Source: Gammaproteobacteria bacterium (GTDB taxonomy: Bacteria; Pseudomonadota; Gammaproteobacteria; GCA-001735895). From it: a DNA stretch of 64,000 nucleotides. The stretch is from assembly GCA_050298595.1 (NCBI GenBank), contig JBNKUM010000100.1, positions 64,001-128,000 of the forward strand. Direction: 5' to 3'. Shown in pieces: positions 9,388 through 18,956 of this stretch. The position numbers and the translations under genes were made by a program. Each line of letters starts with the position of its first letter. Within the stretch, counting starts at the first letter, position 1. The notes under the pieces were generated by a model that did no database searches, was not told the origin of the DNA, and saw only the letters and a program-made list of their open reading frames with translations.

Positions 9388-10467
9388 ATGAGTGATATTC
9401 TTCGTCAGCCGTCAGAACTAAATTTTCAAACTGAACTCGACGCTCTAAAAGCTGAGGATGTTGGGAACAAGCCAGACAATTGGATGTTGAGCCCTCAGTC
9501 TGTTGTGACCTATCTATTGGGTGGTAAAACCAAAGACGGCTTTGCTATCAGTGCTAAATATATCGGTAACCGCCGATTAATCGAAACGGCGGTGGCTACC
9601 CTGGCTACTGATAGAGCACTGTTGCTACTGGGTGTTCCGGGTACTGCAAAATCCTGGGTCTCAGAACATCTTGCTGCAGCAATCTGCGGTAATAGTCAGC
9701 AGGTTATTCAATGCACCGCAGGAACCGATGAAAATCAAATTAGATATAGCTGGAATTATGCGCAGCTACTGGCGAAAGGCCCCAGTAAAGAAGCACTGGT
9801 ACCCACACCGCTATATCGCACAATGCAGGAAGGTTCAATTTGCCGATTTGAAGAACTGACCCGGATGGGATCCGATGTCCAGGATACATTGATCACTGTG
9901 TTGTCGGAGAAAATGCTGCCAATTCCAGAATTGAATGACATAGTTTATGCGCAGAAAGGGTTTAACATTATAGCCACTGCCAACAATCGGGACAAAGGTG
10001 TGAATGAATTATCATCCGCACTCAAGCGCCGCTTCAATGTGGTGGTGTTACCATTACCGGATGATATGAATCAGGAAGTGTCGATAATTAGCAAACGTGT
10101 CGAAGAAATGGGGGCAAGTTTAAATTTACCGGTACCGAAAAATGCTAAAGAAGAGATTGAGAAAGTAGTTACCATTTTTCGTGAATTAAGAGGAGGGGAA
10201 ACTCTCGACGGAAAAAATGTTTTAAAAACCCCGACGGGCAACCTGTCAACGGCTGAAGCAATCTCGGTAATGGTGGGCGGATTAAGTCAGGCCAACTGGT
10301 TTGGTAATGGCAAGCTAGAGGCAGAGGAAATAAGTAGTACTCTTGTTGGGGCGATAGTTAAAGACCCTGTGCAGGATAAGGCGGTACTTGAAGAATATCT
10401 TGAGACAGTGCTAAAAAAACGCGCGGGTTATTCCAGCTATTATAAGAGCATGAACGACGTGCTTTAG
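9388..10467 (+). CDS. MoxR-family AAA+ ATPase (YehL type)
   Basis: GVPGTAKSWVSEHLAAAI Walker A, FEELTR, TANNRDKGVNELSSALKRRF. Confidence 0.92.
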   Translation: MSDILRQPSELNFQTELDALKAEDVGNKPDNWMLSPQSVVTYLLGGKTKDGFAISAKYIGNRRLIETAVATLATDRALLLLGVPGTAKSWVSEHLAAAICGNSQQVIQCTAGTDENQIRYSWNYAQLLAKGPSKEALVPTPLYRTMQEGSICRFEELTRMGSDVQDTLITVLSEKMLPIPELNDIVYAQKGFNIIATANNRDKGVNELSSALKRRFNVVVLPLPDDMNQEVSIISKRVEEMGASLNLPVPKNAKEEIEKVVTIFRELRGGETLDGKNVLKTPTGNLSTAEAISVMVGGLSQANWFGNGKLEAEEISSTLVGAIVKDPVQDKAVLEEYLETVLKKRAGYSSYYKSMNDVL

Positions 10468-10476
10468 TACTGAATA

Positions 10477-12801
10477 ATGCCAACAAACGACATACATTAT
10501 TTCGGCATTCGGCATCATGGTCCTGGTTCAAGCAAGCGCCTGTTAGCAGCATTACAAAACCTGCAACCTGCAAGAATACTGATAGAAGGCCCGCAGGATT
10601 GTAGCGAACTTTTACCCATGCTAGCTAGCAAGCAAATGAAACCCCCGGTTGCCTTATTAGCTTATTCATCAGAACAATCCGCCTGTAGTATTTTTTATCC
10701 TTTTGCTGATTATTCACCAGAATATCAAGCCTGTTGCTGGGCCGTAAAAGCAAATATTGAAACAGCTTTTATAGATGTGCCAGTCGCTGTGCAATTAGCA
10801 AAAATGCTGTCAGAGGCCGAACATCAAGCTGAGGATGCAGATGAGCTTGATGATAGCAATGAAAACAGTGCCGCAGCCGATGAGGATAGTGATAAAGAAG
10901 ATGATGACCTCGCCACAATTGTGCAGGACCCGATAGGTTCTTTAGCCAGGCTGTCGGGGTATGAGGATGGTGAGGCCTGGTGGAATGATCTTATCGAACA
11001 GAACAGTGATAGTGATGAAGCGATTTTTGATATTATCGAATCCGCCATGCGGGCTCTCAGAGATAATACAGAAAATGACCATCCTGCATTACAACGAGAT
11101 CGGGTTCGAGAAGCTTTTATGCGACTTGAAATTGCTAAAGCGAAAAAGGTTACGGAAGGCCCTCTCGCCATTGTGTGCGGGGCGTGGCATGTTCCAGGGT
11201 TAAGAGAAAAGCATACTGCAAAAAATGATCGTGCACTGATAAAAACGCTGCCGAGCAAACTGCCCGCGAGTAAGGTTAAGGCGACCTGGGTACCCTGGAC
11301 TTCGCCGCGACTGGCAACTGCCTCAGGCTATGGCGCAGGGGTCGCTGCCCCGATGTGGTACCAGCACCTCTGGGAGTATCGGGACAAACAGTCAACACTT
11401 GAATATTGGCTAGGTCAGATTGCCCAGGGCTTGCGTGATAATGGTCAGCTCATATCAACCGCTTCGGTTATTGAAGCAGTGCGTCTGAGCCACAGTTTGG
11501 CGGCTATCCGAAATCGTCCCGAACCAGCATTTGAAGAAATTCGCGAAGCGGTGATCGCCTGTTTGTGTTTTGGTGAGCCTCAGGTATGGCGACAGATCGA
11601 AACGCATATTTTGTTGGGGAATCAGGTTGGACAAATCCCCCCTGATGCACCGCTCGTCCCGTTACTTGAAGATTTACAGCGCTTACAGAAAAAAAATAAA
11701 CTTAAACCGGAAGCCCTGGACACTGAATTGTCTCTTGACCTGCGTACTGCAGCTGGGTTGAGTAAGTCGATCTTGCTGCATCGCTTAAATATTCTAGATG
11801 TACCCTGGGGACGCATCACTGATGCAGGGAAAAGTCGCGGTACTTTCCGTGAGCGCTGGCATTTATCCTGGCAGCCAGAATATGCCGTTCGACTTGTAGA
11901 AAATCTGGTCTACGGAAGTACCATTGAACAGGCTGCGAGTACTAAAATAAGTGAAGCCTTAGAGAACGAGAATAATTTAAGTAAGCTTGCATCGAGTGTT
12001 CAACTCTGCCTGGAAGCACAGTTAAATCAGGCTGCTGATATTGGTCTGCTGCGTATTCAGAAACGTGCTGCACATACCAGTGATTGTCTTGAACTACTGG
12101 AAAGCCTGGCGCCTCTTATCAATGTTAATCGTTATGGAACTGCGCGAGAAATATCACTCGCCCATATTGAAGAGTTAATTATTCGACTCACCATACAAAC
12201 TGCAATTGCATTGCCATATGCATGCCGCAATCTGGATGATGAAGAAGCACATCATTACAGAAAAAGTTTAAGTGATGCTCACCAGGCATTGCAGTTAGTC
12301 GATTTTGACGAATCGGTAATGGAAGACTGGTGGCAGGCCATTCAGCAAATAGTCGACAGTCCGCAGTCAGATCTTCAACTTGCAGGGCTTTGTGCTCGCT
12401 TACTCTATCAGGCAGAAAAAATACCCAGCAGTCAGTTAGAGTATTTACTCCAAAGAATGTTGTCACCTGCGCTGCCTGCTGCTGACGCAGCCCGTTTTTT
12501 TGACGGTTTTTTTACAGATGCTATTCAGCGCTTGTTGTACGACCGAATTTTATTAGATGCTATAGAACACTGGTTAATCAGTCTTGACGAGGATTCATTC
12601 ACAGAGTATTTGCCTCTGTTTAGACGAATTTTTTCTGATCTGGATACGATGGAAAGAAAGCGCATGATAGATACGGTTTTACATGGCCGAACTCAGTCAG
12701 CCGTCAATAAAATAGTCAACCCAATAACCTTACCACTATGGCCAGATCACCTGCAGCGTATTGCTAAGCTATTGAAGAGGGATAAAGATTGGTCTCAGTA
12801 A
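10477..12801 (+). CDS. YehM / DUF5682-like protein
   Basis: N-terminal GIRHHGPGS, IEGP, YSPEYQA, VCGAWH and GTFRERW motifs. Confidence 0.85.
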   Translation: MPTNDIHYFGIRHHGPGSSKRLLAALQNLQPARILIEGPQDCSELLPMLASKQMKPPVALLAYSSEQSACSIFYPFADYSPEYQACCWAVKANIETAFIDVPVAVQLAKMLSEAEHQAEDADELDDSNENSAAADEDSDKEDDDLATIVQDPIGSLARLSGYEDGEAWWNDLIEQNSDSDEAIFDIIESAMRALRDNTENDHPALQRDRVREAFMRLEIAKAKKVTEGPLAIVCGAWHVPGLREKHTAKNDRALIKTLPSKLPASKVKATWVPWTSPRLATASGYGAGVAAPMWYQHLWEYRDKQSTLEYWLGQIAQGLRDNGQLISTASVIEAVRLSHSLAAIRNRPEPAFEEIREAVIACLCFGEPQVWRQIETHILLGNQVGQIPPDAPLVPLLEDLQRLQKKNKLKPEALDTELSLDLRTAAGLSKSILLHRLNILDVPWGRITDAGKSRGTFRERWHLSWQPEYAVRLVENLVYGSTIEQAASTKISEALENENNLSKLASSVQLCLEAQLNQAADIGLLRIQKRAAHTSDCLELLESLAPLINVNRYGTAREISLAHIEELIIRLTIQTAIALPYACRNLDDEEAHHYRKSLSDAHQALQLVDFDESVMEDWWQAIQQIVDSPQSDLQLAGLCARLLYQAEKIPSSQLEYLLQRMLSPALPAADAARFFDGFFTDAIQRLLYDRILLDAIEHWLISLDEDSFTEYLPLFRRIFSDLDTMERKRMIDTVLHGRTQSAVNKIVNPITLPLWPDHLQRIAKLLKRDKDWSQ

Positions 12802-14006
12802 CTGAAGAAAATAACGAGCACAATCTGAGCATTGATGACAGCTTGAAAAAAGAGCGTCGTTGGCGTCTGGTGCTTGGTGCCGACTCTGATGAAAGTGCCG
12901 CATTGTCAGAGAGTGATCGACGACTGTCAACAGCTCTTACGGCACTCTACGGTGGGGAAGCGAGCGATAGTGACAAAAAAGGCCGTGGCAGCCTTTCTCG
13001 TTCTGCGCCTAAAGTTTCCAAATGGCTGGGCGATATTCGCGAGTTTTTTCCAGCCTCGGTTGTTCAAGTTGTTCAACGGGATGCGTTTGAACGCTTAGGA
13101 CTAAAGCAAATGTTAATGGAGCCTGAGTTTTTAAGCGCACTGGAAGCTGATGTGCATCTCGTCGCCGATTTAGTTAGCTTACGCTCAGTGATGCCAGAAA
13201 AAACCATTGATACTGCTCGTCAGGTAATCAAGAAGGTTGTTGATGAATTAATGGAAAAACTGGAGCAAAAGACTGCGGAAGCTATACGTGGAGCTATTAA
13301 TAAATCGAAGCGCAGTTTTCGTCCACGTTTCAATGATATTGACTGGCATCGTACGATCAGTGCAAACCTGCGTCATTATCAGGCCGACTATCAAACAATT
13401 GTACCGGAAAAATTGATTGGCTTTATGCGTCAACAACGACGTATTGTAGATTTAGACGAAGTCATTCTGTGTGTAGACCAGTCGGGTTCAATGGCAAGTT
13501 CTGTTGTTTACAGTTCAATTTTTGCAGCGGTAATGGCTTCGATTCCTGCAGTAAACACGAAACTGATTTGCTTTGACACGGCGATACTTGATTTAACCGA
13601 TGAGCTTGAAGATCCTGTCAGTGTGCTTTTTGGTGTACAGCTTGGGGGAGGGACAGATATTGATCAGGCGATAGCCTATTGTGAGAAAAAAATTGAAAGG
13701 CCCTCTAAAACACATTTAATACTGATTACGGATTTGTATGAAGGTGGAGATCAGGAAAGTCTAAAACGCCGAGTTCTAAATCTAATAAGACAGGATGTTA
13801 ATGTCATTACGTTACTGGCCTTAAGTGATGATGGAAAGCCCTCTTATGATGCAGAGCTGGCCGCTGATTTTGCCGCAATTGGCAGTCCTGTTTTTGCCTG
13901 TACCCCAGATCAATTTCCAGATCTTATGGCGACTGCTTTAAAACGGGAAGATGTGTTGAGCTGGGCAGCTGATCAGGACATTAAAGCCGTGAGGCCAGCA
14001 GAGTAA
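12789..14006 (+). CDS. vWA domain protein (YehP / CoxE-like)
   Basis: RRWRLVLG N-terminus, MIDAS DQSGSM, GGGTDI and ITDLYEGG. Confidence 0.9.
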   Translation: MVSVTEENNEHNLSIDDSLKKERRWRLVLGADSDESAALSESDRRLSTALTALYGGEASDSDKKGRGSLSRSAPKVSKWLGDIREFFPASVVQVVQRDAFERLGLKQMLMEPEFLSALEADVHLVADLVSLRSVMPEKTIDTARQVIKKVVDELMEKLEQKTAEAIRGAINKSKRSFRPRFNDIDWHRTISANLRHYQADYQTIVPEKLIGFMRQQRRIVDLDEVILCVDQSGSMASSVVYSSIFAAVMASIPAVNTKLICFDTAILDLTDELEDPVSVLFGVQLGGGTDIDQAIAYCEKKIERPSKTHLILITDLYEGGDQESLKRRVLNLIRQDVNVITLLALSDDGKPSYDAELAADFAAIGSPVFACTPDQFPDLMATALKREDVLSWAADQDIKAVRPAE

Positions 14007-14582
14007 TCGCGAGCAATACATAGTAGTAAAACGCATTCCTTTCTAAGGGAACTGTTGATTTAATTTTCTCATTGAGAACGCAGAGTGTAGCTGGAGATAC
14101 AGATAATTGATGGATAAATGGAAATCATGAGTTTTCCTCAGCAGAAAAGTTGCGATTAAAAGGGGGCAGACATGTATGATTTGGAGTAATTATTGAGCTA
14201 TCATTTTTTATGTGTTTATATGAAATCTATCGAGATTGCCCCCCCCATAGATCCTGCATAGATCCACAATTTTATCCTCCCTGAGAATACGTCCTGTCCA
14301 CAAATTTAATGGATAAATTTGCACAGCTACGCTGCCCTTAGTGTGAGTCTCAGGGATGAGGCGAATGAATCCGCCAGTTCCAGATAATGATTGGATTGGC
14401 TAAACCCTGAAAACAATTGACGTAAAGCATTCTGATCATCAATCCTCCCTAACCACAAGAGGGAAATCCCAGGCGCCCGCGAATATGACGATAATAAACA
14501 ATTCTTGCAAAAATGACAGGCAAGTATATGATAGTCAAGACTATCATAATATTTGGTTTACTTAACCTGTGGGGTGGATGTC

Positions 14583-16748
14583 ATGTTCAATCAAGTTTTC
14601 ATTCGGTTCTTCAGTACAATGCTCGTATCGCTGACGACACTCTTCTGGTTTAGTCTTACCAGTGCAGCCACCCCCTCTGGATACTCTAGCGAATCCGATT
14701 CGATACAGCCAAAAAAGTCGCTCAGTAATCCCTCCCCAGAGGTCTTGTCCTCAGAGTTTGGCGGAGGAAGTACCTATCTTATCGGCTCAGGTATATACGA
14801 TATAACGGGCCCTGCGGGCGAGGTGGTTATGATGGGATATGCCGATGAGACGCAAACAACCGAAGGCATACATCTGAGATTGAGATCAAGGGCGTTTATT
14901 GTGGGTGATGGGACAAAACGAGTTGTTTTCGTCAGCGCTGATCTCGGTATGCTTTTCCAGATGGTAAAACTGAAAGTATGCGAAAAAATTGCAAATGACC
15001 CGGATCTTTTACCTTACTATAACGTAAATAACGTGCTCCTTTCTGCAACTCATACTCATAATGGCCCTGGAGGTTACTCAGGGCACTTCTTATATGACGC
15101 CACTATAAAAGGATTTGTAAGGCAGAATTTTAACGCCATCGTTGACGGCATCTATCAGTCCATCAAAAGAGCGCATAATAATTTACAGGAAGGAAAGATA
15201 TTAATAAATCAGGGGACCATAGAAGGCCTCGGCGGAAACCGCGCAGTTGAGGCATATAACAATAATCCTGCAGATGAAAGGACTCAGTACAGCAGCAATA
15301 CCGATCAAATCATGACGCTTCTAAAATTTGTTGCTATGAATGGCGAAGAGATCGGTACCTTGAACTGGTATGCGGTACACGCGGACAGCATTGGGCCTGA
15401 TAATCATCTGATCAGCGGAGACAACAAGGGCTGGGCTGCATATAAGTTCGAAAAGCTTAAAGGAACGGATTATTCGGCTTCCAGGACATTTGTAGCCGCC
15501 TTTGCGCAGACCGATGCTGGTGACGTTACGCCTAATATAGGCTATGGACCGGCTCCCAAAGAAGTGACATTAGCGGAAAACCCGAGCCTTGAAAATGCAG
15601 TAAATAAGCAATATAGCAAAGCAGTTGAACTATATAATAGCGCGACAGAAGAATTATCCGGTTCGGTTGATTTCAGACATGAATGGGTGGACATGCGAAC
15701 GCTCTATGTTGAGTCTGTTGGCACTACCACCTGCCCCGGAGCCATGGGAGCGTCTTTCTCGGCAGGAAGCCCGTTTGATAATCCCAGTCCCGCATCATTG
15801 TTCCCTAACGGCACAACCGTTGACAGCGTAAATTGGGACGAAGATGCGGCCACCGCTACCTTGAGTAGCATACTGAATGTAGCTTTCCTTTTTGCATGGC
15901 CGGAAACCAATGATCCTGTTTATCAGGAATGCCATGCAAAAAAACCAATACTCATCCCAACTGGTGTTGCGCATCTGAATATCGGCGGATCTACCATGAC
16001 GCCGAACATCGTTCCATTACAGGTACTGAAGATTGGGAATCTGGCGATTGCAGCATCTCCCAACGAGGTTACAACTATGGCGGGACGACGCATAAGAAAC
16101 ACCATAATCTCAGGACTCGAATCCACCGGCGTAAAATATTCGGTAGTAGCAGCCCTGGCCAATACCTATACCTCATACATGGCTACAAGAGAAGAATACG
16201 CCATGCAGTGGTATGAAGGAGCCTCCACACAATTCGGCCCCAATGAACTTGCTGCTTTCAGACAGGAGTATAGAAAGCTGTGTGCTGCGATAGCAAACGG
16301 CACAACCGTTGAACCGGGGCCAACACCGGAAGATATTACAGCCGGGGCTGTGGACTTTAGTGTATATGTAGCATTTGACGATGTACCAATGGGTAAAAAT
16401 TTCGGCGATGTTGAAAAGCAGCCTGATGCGAGCTATAAAATTGGCGATAGGGTCAGTACAGTGTTCTGGGGCGCGCATCCCAATAATGATTTCATGATAC
16501 AGGACACGTTCCTTGTGGTTGAGAAGCTGGTTAATGGTAAATATGAACCAGTGGCAAGAGACTGGGATCCTGAAACCACTTTCAACTGGGCTCGCGATTT
16601 TACTGCTTATTCAAAAGTAACAATCACCTGGGACACAGCGGACGCGACTGCCGGAACATACAGGATTCGTCATAAGGGAAACCGGAAATCTTTCTTTGGT
16701 GATATAAGCCCATATGAAGGTGTGACCTATTCATTTACGCTTCAATAA
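14583..16748 (+). CDS. Secreted neutral/alkaline (non-lysosomal) ceramidase
   Basis: Signal-like N-terminus, DITGP, MMGYA, HLRLRSRAF, ATHTHNGPGG, LISGDNKG, GDVTPN, TTMAGRR, QWYEGAST and a C-terminal Ig-like domain. Confidence 0.9.
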   Translation: MFNQVFIRFFSTMLVSLTTLFWFSLTSAATPSGYSSESDSIQPKKSLSNPSPEVLSSEFGGGSTYLIGSGIYDITGPAGEVVMMGYADETQTTEGIHLRLRSRAFIVGDGTKRVVFVSADLGMLFQMVKLKVCEKIANDPDLLPYYNVNNVLLSATHTHNGPGGYSGHFLYDATIKGFVRQNFNAIVDGIYQSIKRAHNNLQEGKILINQGTIEGLGGNRAVEAYNNNPADERTQYSSNTDQIMTLLKFVAMNGEEIGTLNWYAVHADSIGPDNHLISGDNKGWAAYKFEKLKGTDYSASRTFVAAFAQTDAGDVTPNIGYGPAPKEVTLAENPSLENAVNKQYSKAVELYNSATEELSGSVDFRHEWVDMRTLYVESVGTTTCPGAMGASFSAGSPFDNPSPASLFPNGTTVDSVNWDEDAATATLSSILNVAFLFAWPETNDPVYQECHAKKPILIPTGVAHLNIGGSTMTPNIVPLQVLKIGNLAIAASPNEVTTMAGRRIRNTIISGLESTGVKYSVVAALANTYTSYMATREEYAMQWYEGASTQFGPNELAAFRQEYRKLCAAIANGTTVEPGPTPEDITAGAVDFSVYVAFDDVPMGKNFGDVEKQPDASYKIGDRVSTVFWGAHPNNDFMIQDTFLVVEKLVNGKYEPVARDWDPETTFNWARDFTAYSKVTITWDTADATAGTYRIRHKGNRKSFFGDISPYEGVTYSFTLQ

Positions 16749-17618
16749 CAGAAGTATAAGTAGAGTAAATGTAATCCCCTGCATATAAAGGCAGAGAATC
16801 AGCATCAGAATCTCACCTGGAATGCCCGGTAACCCGGTCATCATCACTTCATTATGCTGATTTGCCGGGCAAATTTTTGCTATTCCGCATTTTCAGGCCC
16901 TCTGTCTTGAATCAGGAACAAGCCACTGGACGACCTATTCAATTCAGTTGTCGTATTGTGTGATGAAAGCAAATACAGAAAACAAGGACACCCAGTGCGC
17001 CGAGATAAATCGGCAAAAGATTGGCGGTGAAAGCCCGCTACCTGGTAAGGATTAGCGATCCGAAGACTCATCTTTTAGGGGCTTATTAAAATGGAGATAT
17101 TGATTCAGTAAAAATGGATAGGGGCTGATTTAATTACGGTTTATCCTGCCAGGATCGGTTGTTTTTACTCTGGAACGTATTTCAGGATAACGTAAACTAC
17201 TGCCGTGTTCTCAAGTTGGATTTATTTAGATTGCTAAGTGTGTTAGGTTATGTGACGGGAAAAACTTCAGAGTAGCGCTTCACACCATGCACCCAGTTCT
17301 TGCCCATTTGTTCACAGGTTTGCCATATTATATAAGCGCTACCTACCTGTGGTTTTAACGGGCTTTCAATATTTTATCTCAGGAAATCTTCAATAGCTGG
17401 ATCCTAAACTTCTGATAATCCCTGAAACTGTAATATCTATTCCTACTACTAAAACTAGCGCGGCAGTAGCCGCTATTGAAATAAACCTCAGCAAAAAACT
17501 ACATCATTCATACCATAGAGACCTTAGCATTTTTTCTCTCATGCTTTGGAAGGAGCTAAACAGGTGTAGCAAATATTTGAAAAGGCACTATGTATGTCCT
17601 GAAAAGTCGCGTCAATTG

Positions 17619-17918
17619 AACCTGGATTATGCAGTTGACCGCTCGCATTGGAAGGTAACCCACTGTTTCGTAGATCATCACAGTTGATTTATCTTTTCAC
17701 CCAGCAGTTGAAATTCCGCTACGAGCTGAATAGCAAGTTTGAGGCGGCTTATCTCTGCGTTGCCTATAGGGACATAGGTAAGGGGCGAGAGCAGGACGCG
17801 GAAGCCTTGCCTATAGGGACATAGGTAAGGGGCGAGAGCAGGACGAGGAAGCTTTGTAACTCCTTGATCTAAACTACCTCAAACGTACTACAACTCGTCC
17901 AACTGCAGATTCCAGGTT
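17619..17918 (-). mobile_element. MITE-like element (~206 bp) carrying a nested 2 x 47-bp insert
   Basis: Ends aacctggattatgcagttg ... caactgcagattccaggtt are inverted repeats. The reverse complement aligns to 57570-57774 apart from the insert. Confidence 0.85.
17760..17853 (-). repeat. Tandem dimer of a 47-bp hairpin repeat
   Basis: ttgcctatagggacataggtaaggggcgagagcaggacgcggaagcc x2 (near identical); same unit on the opposite strand at 24640. Confidence 0.9.
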
Positions 17919-18956
17919 AAAAGGTCTGCCCACGAAGCCAGGTTGAAGGGGTATCACACTGAAAAATCCCCAAATAATTTGTTGAATACGTCACAAAACC
18001 TTCTCATCAGTATGGCTTTATTAGGCAACTATAAAGCAGAGATTGATGGTGTTTAGAAGTTGTTAATCGCTTTGTGTTAGTAAGAATATTTAAAAGGGGA
18101 CTAAGTTAATGTGATGTGTGCAATACACAGCATAATGCTTTTTTGTATACGAAATTGTCATGCTCTGGATGCCTGTATATAGAGTAATTTGAAATGCTTT
18201 AAGAATCCCAGAGCTGAATGAAAGCTACAACCTGGCATTGATCTGTGATAATAGGGGGCAGACTGAATCTACTCAGAAGACAATTATCACCTGTCTAAAA
18301 TTTAATGGTTATCTACTTTAAAAAGATCTCCTTAATATTTGAGATAAAAGTCACAAATTTATTTTCCTGTTTTCTGCTTGCTGGATATCTTCATGAAGAA
18401 AGTATTGTCATTTTAAATATAAAGCATTTAATTGGTGTGTTTAGGGTGATGGTATTCCTGCTTTTAATGTTGAGTTAAAGCGCGTTTTCATACGCTCAAA
18501 AATAATCATAGGCCTACAGATTGTCAATAGTTGTAGATGTGGTTTTTTACTAAAAGAGGACGGAATTAATCATACGTTTAATAAAATGATTAGAGTTGAT
18601 ATTTACCATGAATTGATCAGTACAAAAGAATTTTGGAAATTAAATAGTCAACAGGGTTTTCTGAAGAAAATCTAAATGGGGGCAAGGTGAAGCAAGCCTA
18701 TGTCATTATAAAAATGTTCTGATCCTGGTAAATTTTAACCTTATTAACCTTTCTTGAATAAATGAGATAGGGTGTATAGCATTCTTGCACAGTCCAGTTG
18801 CACTGGGCAGCTTTCGAATGAGACAAAAAATCTTTTCAAAAAGCGGGAATTAGAATCCTGAACATGCTTTAGGGAGTGGTATAGCTTTAACAATATTGTT
18901 TTACGTGACTGGTGTGATCGGACCTGTCTATGCGTAGTACCAGATGGAGTGTTTAA

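Noticed and set aside
17760-17853. 47-bp direct repeats (also 24640-24727) as a CRISPR array
   Set aside because: Units are directly adjacent with no spacers, and there are no cas genes in the window.
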